Origin: an uncultured Gemmatimonadaceae bacterium
GTDB lineage: Bacteria; Gemmatimonadota; Gemmatimonadetes; Gemmatimonadales; Gemmatimonadaceae
Length of the DNA: 64,000 nucleotides
Assembly (NCBI GenBank): GCA_963817955.1
Contig: CAWFQK010000002.1
Span: forward strand, 160,001-224,000
Reading direction: 5' to 3'
The position numbers were made by a program, and so were the translations under genes. The stretch's first letter is position 1; each line of letters opens with the position of its first letter. This document shows positions 1-9,015 of this stretch, one piece after another. A model generated the notes under the pieces. That model was given only the letters and a program-made list of their open reading frames with translations, did no database searches and was not told where the DNA came from.

Positions 1-2901
1 CAACGTACCGGCAATGGCCGACAGGCTCGTCATCATGATGGGACGAAAGCGAACGCTGGCCGCCTCGACGATCGCCACGGCCGGCGGCACCTTTTCCTGG
101 CGCTGCCGGTCGAGTGCAAAGTCGATCATCATGATCGCGTTCTTCTCCACGATGCCGATGAGCATGATGATGCCCACGTACCCATATACGCCAAGCTCGA
201 CGTGTGTGAGGTACAACGCCAGCAGTGCGCCGAACGCCGCGAACGGCAACCCCGTCAGGATCGTGACTGGATGGATGAAGCTCTCGTACAGGATGCCGAG
301 AATGATGTAGATGATGAATACGGTGATCATCAGCAGCACGCCCATGCCCTGCTGCGACGCCTGGAACGCCTGTGCGGTACCGGAGAACTGACCGTTGATC
401 GATGCCGGCAGCGTCTGACGCGCGACGTTCTCTACCCGTTGCGTGGCCGCGCCCAACGAGACGTTCGCGGCCAAATTGAACGAGATCGTCACCGACGCAA
501 GCTGGCCCGAGTGAGCGATGCTCAACGGGCCGATCGTCTGCTCGAAGGTGGCGACGTCGGACAATGGGATCTGCTTGCCACCAGATGCCGGCACGTAGAA
601 ATGCTCGAGTGCCGCGGCATCTGCCTGCGCGCTCGGCACCGTCTCCATGACGACGAGATACTCGTTGGTGGGCGTGAAGATCGTCGAGACCTGCTGCTGG
701 TTGAACGCGTCCGCCAGCGCCTGCTCGATGCCCGACGGCGACGTGCCCATCGACAGCGCGCGCTGGCGGTTGATGTGCACGCGGATGATCGGACTCGTGT
801 TCAAGAGATCTGACGTCACGCCGCTGAGCATCGGCTCGTCCTGCAGCCGCGTGACCAGCTTGTTTGCTTGCTCGTAGAGCTGATCGATGTCCGGACCGCG
901 CAACGTGTACTGGTACTGTGTCTTTGACCCGCGGCCGCCGATGCGAATGCTCGGCGGGTTCGTCACGAAGATCAGCAGGCCCGGAACACCCGACATGACT
1001 TTTGTGATCTCACGGACCATCTCATCCGCGGAAGGACGCGTGCCGGCCGGCTTGAGCGTGATGTTGAACTGCGCCTGGTTCGAACTGCCGCCGCCGCTCC
1101 CGACATTGTTGGTGAACGACGCAACATTCGTGTCGGTCTGCAGCTTACGCGCCGCAAGCCGCGCGAGCCGTAGCATCTCGTTGAACGAGGTGCCCTGCGG
1201 CGCTTCGGCCGTCGCACTCAACGAGCCGGTATCGTCGGGCGGAAACAGGCCCTTGGGAATCACCGTCCAGAGTGCGGCCGTCGCCACGAGGATGAAGGCC
1301 GAGAATGCCAGGGTAAGTGGACGATGGCCCATGACCCACCGCAGGCTGCGCTCGTACGCGCCGCGCGCACGCTGGAAGAGCGATTCCGTGAAGATGAAGA
1401 ACCGCCCGTGCGGCTGCTCCTGGCCACGGGTCTTGAGCAGCCGGCTGCACAGCATGGGCGTAAGAGTGAGCGCCACGATGCCGGACACGAGAATCGACAC
1501 ACTGATCGTGATCGCGAATTCGCGGAACAATCGGCCGATGATGCCGCCCATGAACATCAGCGGGAGAAATACCGCCGCCAGCGACAGCATCATCGAGACG
1601 ACGGTAAAGCCCACCTCCCGCGCGCCATCGAGCGCCGCGTCGAGCGGCGCCTTCCCCATCTCGATGTGCCGGATGATGTTCTCGAGCATCACGATGGCGT
1701 CGTCGACCACGAACCCCACGGCGAGCGTGAGGGCCATCAGCGACAGGTTGTCGATGCTGAAATCCAGCATGTACATCACCGAGAACGTGCCGATGATCGC
1801 CATGGGCAACGTCAAGCTCGGGATGATCGTCGCGACCGCGTTGCGCAGGAACAAGAAGATCACGATCACCACGAGCACGAGCGCTACGACCAGTGAGAAC
1901 TTCACATCGGCCACGGAGTTGTTGATCGACACCGAACGGTCGTACTGAATGCGCACCTTGAGCGTGGGCGGCAGACCCTTCTCGATCTCGACCAGCGCCT
2001 CCTTGACGCGACTGGCCACTTCCACGGTGTTCGTCCCCGGCTGCCGCATCACCATCAGGTTAATCGACCGCTCGCTGTCGTACCAACTGGCACTCTTGTT
2101 GTTCTGGATGTCGTCCATCACGTTCGCGACGTCGCCGAGTCGCACTGCCGAACCATTCTTGTAGGCAATGATCAGCTGGCGAAATTCGGAAGCGTTGCTC
2201 ATCTGGCCGGTTGCCTGGACGGTGAGCGTCCGGTCCTTGCCATAGAGCACGCCCGTGGGCAGCATCACGTTGTTGTTGCGAATCGCCGCGGCTACCTGAG
2301 ACACGCCGACGTTGCGGCTGGCGAGCTGCCCGGGATCGAGCTGCACGCGCACGGCATACTTGGCTGAGCCCCACACACCCACCTGTGCCACGCCCTCGAC
2401 GGTAGAGAGACGCTGCGCGATGGTCGTCTCCGCATACTCGTCGACCTCCGTCATCTTCAGGACGTTCGACGTGAGCGCGATATTGAGGATCGGCGAGGCC
2501 GCCGGGTTCTGCTTGTGGTACGAGGGTGGCAGGATCGTGGACGGCAGGAACGGCAGCGTCTTGCCGACCACCGCGTTGACGTCCTGCGCCGCTGCCTCTA
2601 CGTCGCGATCGAGCGAGAACTGCAGCGTGATGTTCGTGCTGCCCAACCGGCTGCTCGACGTGATCTCGTCGATACCGGCGATCGATGTGAAGGCCTTTTC
2701 GAGCGGCGTCGCCACGGTCGCCGCCATCGTCGTGGGGCTCGCGCCGGGAAGGCTGGCATCGACGCTGATCGTCGGATAGTCGACCGTGGGCAGGTCGCTC
2801 ACCGGCAGTTTTCGATACGACACGATGCCGAACACGAGGACGCCGATCATGACCAGTGTGGTCATGACCGGCCGGCGAATAAACAGCGCCGTGAGATTCA
2901 T
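1..2901 (-). CDS. RND efflux permease, AcrB/MdtB/MdtC type (3' end runs off the window)
   Basis: My translation from ATG 2901 gives MNLTALFIRRPVMTTLVMIGVLVFGIVSYRKLPVSDLPTVDYPTISV..., with the TM4 motif GFVVDDAIVMLENI and C-terminal RFRPIMMTSL. Absent from the ORF track because there is no stop inside the window. Confidence 0.93.
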   Translation of the reverse strand, partial: MNLTALFIRRPVMTTLVMIGVLVFGIVSYRKLPVSDLPTVDYPTISVDASLPGASPTTMAATVATPLEKAFTSIAGIDEITSSSRLGSTNITLQFSLDRDVEAAAQDVNAVVGKTLPFLPSTILPPSYHKQNPAASPILNIALTSNVLKMTEVDEYAETTIAQRLSTVEGVAQVGVWGSAKYAVRVQLDPGQLASRNVGVSQVAAAIRNNNVMLPTGVLYGKDRTLTVQATGQMSNASEFRQLIIAYKNGSAVRLGDVANVMDDIQNNKSASWYDSERSINLMVMRQPGTNTVEVASRVKEALVEIEKGLPPTLKVRIQYDRSVSINNSVADVKFSLVVALVLVVIVIFLFLRNAVATIIPSLTLPMAIIGTFSVMYMLDFSIDNLSLMALTLAVGFVVDDAIVMLENIIRHIEMGKAPLDAALDGAREVGFTVVSMMLSLAAVFLPLMFMGGIIGRLFREFAITISVSILVSGIVALTLTPMLCSRLLKTRGQEQPHGRFFIFTESLFQRARGAYERSLRWVMGHRPLTLAFSAFILVATAALWTVIPKGLFPPDDTGSLSATAEAPQGTSFNEMLRLARLAARKLQTDTNVASFTNNVGSGGGSSNQAQFNITLKPAGTRPSADEMVREITKVMSGVPGLLIFVTNPPSIRIGGRGSKTQYQYTLRGPDIDQLYEQANKLVTRLQDEPMLSGVTSDLLNTSPIIRVHINRQRALSMGTSPSGIEQALADAFNQQQVSTIFTPTNEYLVVMETVPSAQADAAALEHFYVPASGGKQIPLSDVATFEQTIGPLSIAHSGQLASVTISFNLAANVSLGAATQRVENVARQTLPASINGQFSGTAQAFQASQQGMGVLLMITVFIIYIILGILYESFIHPVTILTGLPFAAFGALLALYLTHVELGVYGYVGIIMLIGIVEKNAIMMIDFALDRQRQEKVPPAVAIVEAASVRFRPIMMTSLSAIAGTL

Positions 2902-2916
2902 GAATGGATCCTGAGG

Positions 2917-4281
2917 TCAGCCGCCGCGGCGACCACCACGACGTCCCTTTTGACCGCCGCCTGCACTGCCGCCTGCACCGCCGCCGCCGCGACGACTCCC
3001 CGCCCCCGCTCCGTCGTTTGCACCTCGAATGCGCACCGGGGCGTCAGGCGTGAGACGTGATTGTCCGTCAAGCACCACGCGATCGCCCTCGCGGATCCCA
3101 CTCGAGATGACGGACAGGTTCCCTGCCGTGCGCTCGACCGTGACCGCGCGCTGGCGCGCCGTGTCAGCCTGGTCGACGATATAGACGTAGGCGCCGCGCT
3201 GACCGGCCACCACGGCCTGCGACGGAACGACCAGCGCGCTGTCCTCGTCGTACAGATGCAATGAGGTGGAGGCGAACTGCCCCGCCCACAAGCGGCCGTT
3301 CGTGTTGTCGAACGTCGCCTTGAGCTGCACGGTGCCGGTAGCAGTGTCCACGGCATTGTCGATGAATGACAACTTGCCGTACAGCCGATCGCCGATCGGA
3401 TCGCCCTGCTGCGTTACGCCACGGCCTCCTCTTGCGCCGGCGCCACCGCTGCCACCCATCCTCCCGCTCTGACCCGGGCGGTCTTGCACCGAATCCGACG
3501 CCACTGCGGCGAGTGAATCGATCGATGGCGTGGGCGGCGCGACGCCGCCAGGCACTGCCGCCACCGGCAGTCCGCCGCGCGAGCCGTACTGCAGCACCAG
3601 CGGCAGTTGCGAAGACGGAATGGAGAAGCGCACGAGAATGGGTCGTACCTGGTTGATGACGACCAGCGGCGCCGTGCCGCCGGAGCGCACGAGATTGCCG
3701 CGTTTGACGAGCAGGCTGCCGGTCTTCCCGGCGATCGGCGCACGGATGATGGCGTTATCGAGGTTGAATCGTGCCTGCGAGAGCGCGGCGCGGTCGGAGC
3801 GCAACGTGGCCTCGCTCGTGGCTGCTGCCGTGATCTGCACGTCGCCTTCCATTTGCGTGATCACCTTGGCCGCGAGCATCTGGCGGTAGCGGTCCGCGGT
3901 CGCCTTGGCATTCAACCAACTGGCGCTGTCCCGTGCGAGCGCGGCGGCCGCCTGCTCGTAAGCGTTCTGGTACGGGCGCGGATCGATGCGAAACAGCGGC
4001 TGGCCGGCTCGAACCTCCTGCCCCTCCTGGAAGTCCACCGACATGACGATACCGTCCACCTGTGGCGTGACGGTAACGCTCTGCATTGGCGCCACCACGC
4101 CGTTTGCCTCGATCACGTACGGCACGCTTGCGCGCCGAGCCTGGACGACGGCGACGGTCGCCGGCTGTTTGGGAGCGCGCTCCTGCTTCTTGCCGCAAGC
4201 GGTGACGAGGAACGGGACGCAAAGCGCAGCAGCGAAAGACAGCAACGATGCGCGACGAGAATCAAGTCGCAATCCGGTCAT
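2917..4281 (-). CDS. RND periplasmic adaptor (MFP), MdtA-like lipoprotein
   Basis: Lipobox-like LVTAC, VDFQEGQEVRAGQPLFRIDPRPY, IRAPIAG and FIDNAVDTATGT; directly upstream of the RND permease. Confidence 0.93.
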   Translation of the reverse strand: MTGLRLDSRRASLLSFAAALCVPFLVTACGKKQERAPKQPATVAVVQARRASVPYVIEANGVVAPMQSVTVTPQVDGIVMSVDFQEGQEVRAGQPLFRIDPRPYQNAYEQAAAALARDSASWLNAKATADRYRQMLAAKVITQMEGDVQITAAATSEATLRSDRAALSQARFNLDNAIIRAPIAGKTGSLLVKRGNLVRSGGTAPLVVINQVRPILVRFSIPSSQLPLVLQYGSRGGLPVAAVPGGVAPPTPSIDSLAAVASDSVQDRPGQSGRMGGSGGAGARGGRGVTQQGDPIGDRLYGKLSFIDNAVDTATGTVQLKATFDNTNGRLWAGQFASTSLHLYDEDSALVVPSQAVVAGQRGAYVYIVDQADTARQRAVTVERTAGNLSVISSGIREGDRVVLDGQSRLTPDAPVRIRGANDGAGAGSRRGGGGAGGSAGGGQKGRRGGRRGG

Positions 4282-4443
4282 CGGAAACGAATTCGCGTTG
4301 GAGGACGGAGCGCGCGAAGGTTGGCGCGCCCCAGCGGCAGGCTCGGCAATACCCGAGGGCGGGTAGTCCGGGGCGGACGCTCGAATGTAGTACGGATCAG
4401 CGGGCCAATGTGTTCAATTCGTCAAATAAGGCCTGGGAACGCC

Positions 4444-4489
4444 AAACGGAGCCTGGGACCGACGGAAGACGTCGATCCCAGGCTCCGTT
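4444..4489 (-). terminator. Probable intrinsic terminator after the BNR-repeat gene
   Basis: Inverted repeat AACGGAGCCTGGGA...TCCCAGGCTCCGTT with a short T run on the minus strand, about 20 nt past the stop at 4509. Confidence 0.6.
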
Positions 4490-4508
4490 CATGCTTCTCG
4501 TGGCCGCC

Positions 4509-7346
4509 CTAGCTCTTGCGAACGGTCGGTTCGGGATGTACGGCGAACGTCTGCGTGTAGCTTTGCCCGTTGACCGTCAGCTTGGCCGTGAACGTCCCGA
4601 TAAGCGGCGTCCCCCGTCCACCTCGACCGCCGCCACCACCGCGGCCGCCGCGGCCAGCGGGCGTTGATACAGGAATCCAAACCACTCGGTGCATGCCGGC
4701 CGCACCGGAGAACGCTTCCGGAGTCGGACGCCAGAGCGGAGACGTGTTCGGAATGCCGCCACCGCGTCCGCCGCGGCCGCCACCACCCGGCTGTGGAACA
4801 GTCGGAGGCGCCGGTTCGGTGCTGAAACTACGGATCGTTGCGCCGGAGGCATCGAGAATGTCGAGCATGACCGGCCCCGTGGGCGTCCGTTTGACGTAAT
4901 AGTCGATGTACGCGCCGTTCGGCGGATTGGGCGCCTGCGGCTCGTCCTTCTGCAGCGGCGTCCCGTTGTCGCCCGGTTGCGCCGCGGCGTACGCATCGGC
5001 CGGCTTGAACAGGAAAGCGTCAGCCGCCAGCACGCCATCGTTGATCTGGCGCAGCGCGCTGATGTCGTCCACGACCCAGAATCCGCGCCCGTGGGTCGCC
5101 ACGATGAGATCGTTGTTGTAGATCTCGAAATCCCGCACCGACGTCACCGGCAGGTTGAGTTGCAGCGGCTGCCAATGGTCGCCGTCGTCGAACGAGATAT
5201 GGGCGCCCCGCTCCGTACCGGCAAACAACAGCCCCTGACGCGCGGGATCTTCCTTCACTACATGCACGTATGCGCCCGCCGGCAACCCGGCCGTGATCTT
5301 CTGCCAGGACCGTCCGCCGTCGCGTGTCCGATAAATGTACGGCTCGAAATCCTGTAGCTGGTGTCGATCGACGCTCGCGTACGCGGCGTTCACGTCGGCG
5401 TGGGAGGCCTCGATCATCGTCACCCGGCTCCACGGCGTGAGCGCCGACGGGGTGATGTCGCTCCATGTCTTGCCAGCGTCGGTGGTCCGTTGAATGAGCC
5501 CGTCGTCGGTGCCCACCCAGATCGTGTCCGCCGCCTTCGGTGACGGCGCAATCGTGTAGACCACGCCGCGTTTGCCATTGCGATCGACGTCGCTCGCCGC
5601 CGCGGCATCGAGCGTCGGCGGCACACCCGGGTCGGTGCGCGTCAGGTCGGAACTGATCTGCGTCCAGGTCTGTGCGCCATCGACCGTGCGATAGACGTTC
5701 TGGTTGCCGTAGTACAGCGCCCGCGGATCGGCCTTGGAGAATACCAACGGCTGCGTCCAGTCAGCGCGCGCGCCCTCGGACGGCGGCGTGGTCGTGCCGC
5801 GGATCTCCGCGTTCGCCTCCAGATTCCACCGCTGGCCCGTTCCACCAAAAACGATGCCGGGGTTCAGTTGATCGCCCGCCGTATATCCGCTCTCACCGCC
5901 GGCGCCAATCGGCTCCCAGTCGCGCATCGAGATCTCGCCGAACTTACCACGTGACCGTACGGCCACCGCGCCGGAATCCTGCTGCGCTCCCGTCACCCAG
6001 TACGGATACCGGTAGTCGACCGACACATGATAGATCTGCGCCGTCGGCTGATTGAGCCATGAGCTCCATGTGATCTCGCGCGGATCGGTGGTGCGTGCGT
6101 TGCGTGTGACGACTGCGCCCTGATCGCTCGCGACGATCACCGTGTTCGGATCATCGGGCGACACCCATGCCTGGTGGTAATCGTCGCCGCCCGGCGAGCC
6201 ACGCATCGGAACCCAGCTCTTGCCGCCGTCCATGGACCGGTTCACTGCCACGTTCGGCACGTACACGACGTCCGCGTTCTTGGGATCGACGGTAACCTTG
6301 GTGAAGTACCACCCGCGTCCCCAGAGCGCCGTGTCGCCTGAAAGCTTCGTCCACGTCGCGCCAGCATCGTCCGAGCGAAAGAACCCGCCCTGATCCGGCA
6401 GACAATCCACCACCGCGTACACCCGGCGCGAATCCGTGGCGGCAACGGCAATGCCCGTTCGCCCGATCGGACCAGCCGGAAGCCCGGTGGTGAGCTGCTT
6501 CCAGGTAGTGCCACCGTCGGTGGACTTGAAGATGCCGCCGCCAGGTCCATTCGACGGCGCGTAGGTATACCAGGGCGGCCGGCGCGTATTCCACAATCCG
6601 GCGTAGACGACGTTTCCGTCGTTCGGGTCGATCACGACCTCCACAGCGCCGACGTCGTCATTCGGACCGAGCACCTTCGTCCAGGTCTTACCGCCGTCGC
6701 GCGAACGGAAGACACCGCGTTGAGCGTTCGGCGCGTAGAGGTGGCCGATCGCGGCAACGAACACAACGTTCGGGTTCTTTGGATCCACCGCGATCTTTCC
6801 GATGTGCTGCGTGTCCTCGAGCCCGAGATGCGTCCAGGTCACGCCGGCATCGACAGACTTGTACATGCCGTTCCCGAAGCCCATCGAATCGCGCAAAGAC
6901 GATTCACCGCTGCCCACATAGACGACATTCGGGGCCGATGGGGCCACCGTAATGGCGCCAATCGAGGCGACCGGCTGCGAATCGAAGATGGGCGTCCACA
7001 CACGACCGGCATCGATCGACTTCCAGACGCCGCCGTTCACCGCGCCGAAATAGAACTCATTCGGCCGTCCTGGCACGCCGCTCGCCGCGGCCACTCGGCC
7101 GCCACGGAACGGGCCGAGCATCCGCCAGCGCAAGCCGCTGAACTCATCGGCGGGGACCCAGGGCAACGCGGCCCCATGGGAAACTTCCGCCGCTCGGGCA
7201 GAGCGTGGAATCAAAACGCCGTAGCGCAGCCCAATCGCGGACAACGCGCCCACTTGGCCAGCGGCCAAGAGAAAACGGCGGCGCGTGAGCGCACTGAGAG
7301 ATTCGGTTGGCGTTTCCTGGTCGTTCGGTGGGCACTGGTCTGGCAC
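4509..7346 (-). CDS. Secreted BNR/Asp-box (VPS10/sortilin-like) beta-propeller protein, glycosyl-hydrolase-like, Tat signal
   Basis: Repeated S/TxDxGxTW Asp boxes, WRMLGPFRGGR start of the mature region, twin-arginine TRRRFL followed by a hydrophobic stretch and ARA cleavage site. Confidence 0.85.
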   Translation of the reverse strand: MPDQCPPNDQETPTESLSALTRRRFLLAAGQVGALSAIGLRYGVLIPRSARAAEVSHGAALPWVPADEFSGLRWRMLGPFRGGRVAAASGVPGRPNEFYFGAVNGGVWKSIDAGRVWTPIFDSQPVASIGAITVAPSAPNVVYVGSGESSLRDSMGFGNGMYKSVDAGVTWTHLGLEDTQHIGKIAVDPKNPNVVFVAAIGHLYAPNAQRGVFRSRDGGKTWTKVLGPNDDVGAVEVVIDPNDGNVVYAGLWNTRRPPWYTYAPSNGPGGGIFKSTDGGTTWKQLTTGLPAGPIGRTGIAVAATDSRRVYAVVDCLPDQGGFFRSDDAGATWTKLSGDTALWGRGWYFTKVTVDPKNADVVYVPNVAVNRSMDGGKSWVPMRGSPGGDDYHQAWVSPDDPNTVIVASDQGAVVTRNARTTDPREITWSSWLNQPTAQIYHVSVDYRYPYWVTGAQQDSGAVAVRSRGKFGEISMRDWEPIGAGGESGYTAGDQLNPGIVFGGTGQRWNLEANAEIRGTTTPPSEGARADWTQPLVFSKADPRALYYGNQNVYRTVDGAQTWTQISSDLTRTDPGVPPTLDAAAASDVDRNGKRGVVYTIAPSPKAADTIWVGTDDGLIQRTTDAGKTWSDITPSALTPWSRVTMIEASHADVNAAYASVDRHQLQDFEPYIYRTRDGGRSWQKITAGLPAGAYVHVVKEDPARQGLLFAGTERGAHISFDDGDHWQPLQLNLPVTSVRDFEIYNNDLIVATHGRGFWVVDDISALRQINDGVLAADAFLFKPADAYAAAQPGDNGTPLQKDEPQAPNPPNGAYIDYYVKRTPTGPVMLDILDASGATIRSFSTEPAPPTVPQPGGGGRGGRGGGIPNTSPLWRPTPEAFSGAAGMHRVVWIPVSTPAGRGGRGGGGGRGGRGTPLIGTFTAKLTVNGQSYTQTFAVHPEPTVRKS

Positions 7347-7540
7347 GGGCAGCTCCGGAATCGAGAAGTTTTGATCGCACTCGAATATGGCGCCAAAGGC
7401 ATGCTGTCAAGCAAGACATGGCAGCGCTGGCCCCGATTCCGGGTTTTCTTTCTGGCAACGCCTGCGCGACATAGGTTGGATGATGCTTTTCGAGCCACGA
7501 CGTACGCCGAACGGCGTTTGACACACGGGCCAGCAGAATC

Positions 7541-7960
7541 ATGAGACGTTGGACACCGCTATTGGCCGGGCTACTGCTCGCATTGACCCTGTGGGAGGAC
7601 CATCGGTTTCTCGATACGGAGCCGTGGGCACTCCATAACACAATCGGACTGGCGATCATCATCCCGGCGTACCTCTTGTGGGCTACGGCGAGGTACCAAC
7701 TCGGCGCATCCTTCACCGGGCGCGCCGAAGCCCGATCGCTCGTGACACACGGGCTCTACGCGCGCCTTCGGCATCCGGTGTACCTGTTCGCCGAGCTCCT
7801 GATCGCGGGGTTACTCGTATTCATGGCGATCCCAATCCTGTGGATCGTAGCGCTGGCGACGCTCCCGTTCCAGATCGTCCGTGCGAGGCGAGAGGATCGT
7901 GTTCTCGAAGAGGCGTTCGGGGAGGAGTACCGCGCGTACCGCCGGACGACGTGGTTCTAA
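7541..7960 (+). CDS. Isoprenylcysteine carboxyl methyltransferase / PEMT-family membrane protein
   Basis: LVTHGLYARLRHPVY and EDRVLEEAFGEEYRAY motifs; hydrophobic. Confidence 0.85.
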   Translation: MRRWTPLLAGLLLALTLWEDHRFLDTEPWALHNTIGLAIIIPAYLLWATARYQLGASFTGRAEARSLVTHGLYARLRHPVYLFAELLIAGLLVFMAIPILWIVALATLPFQIVRARREDRVLEEAFGEEYRAYRRTTWF

Positions 7961-8123
7961 TGACCTTCGCGAAGGTCAGGGGAGACAGAGTCGGATTGGG
8001 CTCCGGGTCGTTGACCGGCAGGATGTCGCTGGCTGCTCCGTACCGGTCGGCGCCTTGCGGCTCACTCGGATCGTCGGGACCAGCCCCCCAGACACCGGGG
8101 GATTGATCCGGCGGCGCGAACCG
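7958..8123. repeat. Dispersed intergenic element, copy A (18-bp palindrome 7961-7978 plus 60-bp core 7992-8051)
   Basis: The core is the reverse complement of 58499-58557 with 3 mismatches and 1 indel; TAATGACCTTCGCGAAGGT (7958-7976) is identical to 58416-58434. Confidence 0.8.
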
Positions 8124-8849
8124 TTATCGGGCCGTCAGCGTGAAGAAGAATGGGATGACGTAGTACCCGTACAACACGCTGCCATCGCCCGAGCGCAGCG
8201 ATGCAACGTTCGAGTTCGGCGAGCATGCGCCGACGGGCGTAATCGTCCAGACCGCCGGGCTGACGGTGGTGCGCGTTACCACCGCGAAGGCGGTCGGCGT
8301 TCCACTCACGTCTTCCTGACCTTTGTGGAAACTCACGGCCCAACCGGTCGACTTATTCGAGAAGCCGTTCCCCATGTAAATGCATTCGGTCGCCGGATTC
8401 CCGTTGACGCCGAGATTCTGAAGGGGAATATGCGGGCTGAATGCGGATGGGCCAGTCGAGAAGTGGTAATTCATGCTGTTGCTCGGGCTTGGCCGGTAGG
8501 CGTTCGTTGCGTCGACTGGATGACTGAAGTTGTAGGTGACCCAGCGCGTTGCGGTGTGCGACGTCACCGTGTTGAAGGCAAACGTTCCGTACTTGTCGAT
8601 GACTGCCTGGACGCCCTGGGATCCATCGACGTACGCCCCTTTGCCGTCATTCTGAATGCCGTACGCCGCGCCAAGGTTGTCGGTGTTCGCGACGGTCACC
8701 GTAAGCGAGACCGCTGTGATGGTGGCCGGAGCGGCCGCTTTGGACAGGTTCGCAGCGCCGAGGCTTGGCTCGGAGGGTCGGGAGCTGTCGACACAGGCGG
8801 AAGCAAGAGCGAGGGTGGCGATGCCACTGAACAGCGCGAAGCGTTTCAT
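8124..8849 (-). CDS. Hypothetical secreted lipoprotein, beta-rich
   Basis: MKRFALFSGIATLALASAC signal with lipobox-like Cys; AGGAGA upstream of ATG 8849; Thr/Ser/Asn/Gly-rich body with two further Cys. Confidence 0.75.
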   Translation of the reverse strand: MKRFALFSGIATLALASACVDSSRPSEPSLGAANLSKAAAPATITAVSLTVTVANTDNLGAAYGIQNDGKGAYVDGSQGVQAVIDKYGTFAFNTVTSHTATRWVTYNFSHPVDATNAYRPSPSNSMNYHFSTGPSAFSPHIPLQNLGVNGNPATECIYMGNGFSNKSTGWAVSFHKGQEDVSGTPTAFAVVTRTTVSPAVWTITPVGACSPNSNVASLRSGDGSVLYGYYVIPFFFTLTAR

Positions 8850-8953
8850 GCGTGAGTATCTCCTAATGCGATGGCGAGCCGGTAACCGGAAAGTTTCGCC
8901 GCGGCGGCTCCAGACGCTGAGCGGCCTGGCGAGCTTGTTAACCTTTCCGAACG

Positions 8954-9001
8954 AGCGTACATTCGCTGCGCGCACTCACCGAGGACTCACACAATCATCA
9001 C
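8954..9001. promoter_or_regulatory. Three direct repeats at 11-bp period (ACTCAC/ACTCAC/CATCAC) next to divergent -10-like hexamers
   Basis: TCAC starts at 8976, 8987 and 8998; TACGCT on minus at 8959-8954; TACATT on plus at 8958-8963. Confidence 0.5.
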
Positions 9002-9015
9002 CTCGCGGCTGATTC

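Noticed and set aside
14..2779. Long plus-strand ORFs (for example 887-1948) and similar shadow ORFs throughout the window
   Set aside because: Antisense or alternate-frame shadows of real genes, expected in high-GC DNA; no recognisable motifs.
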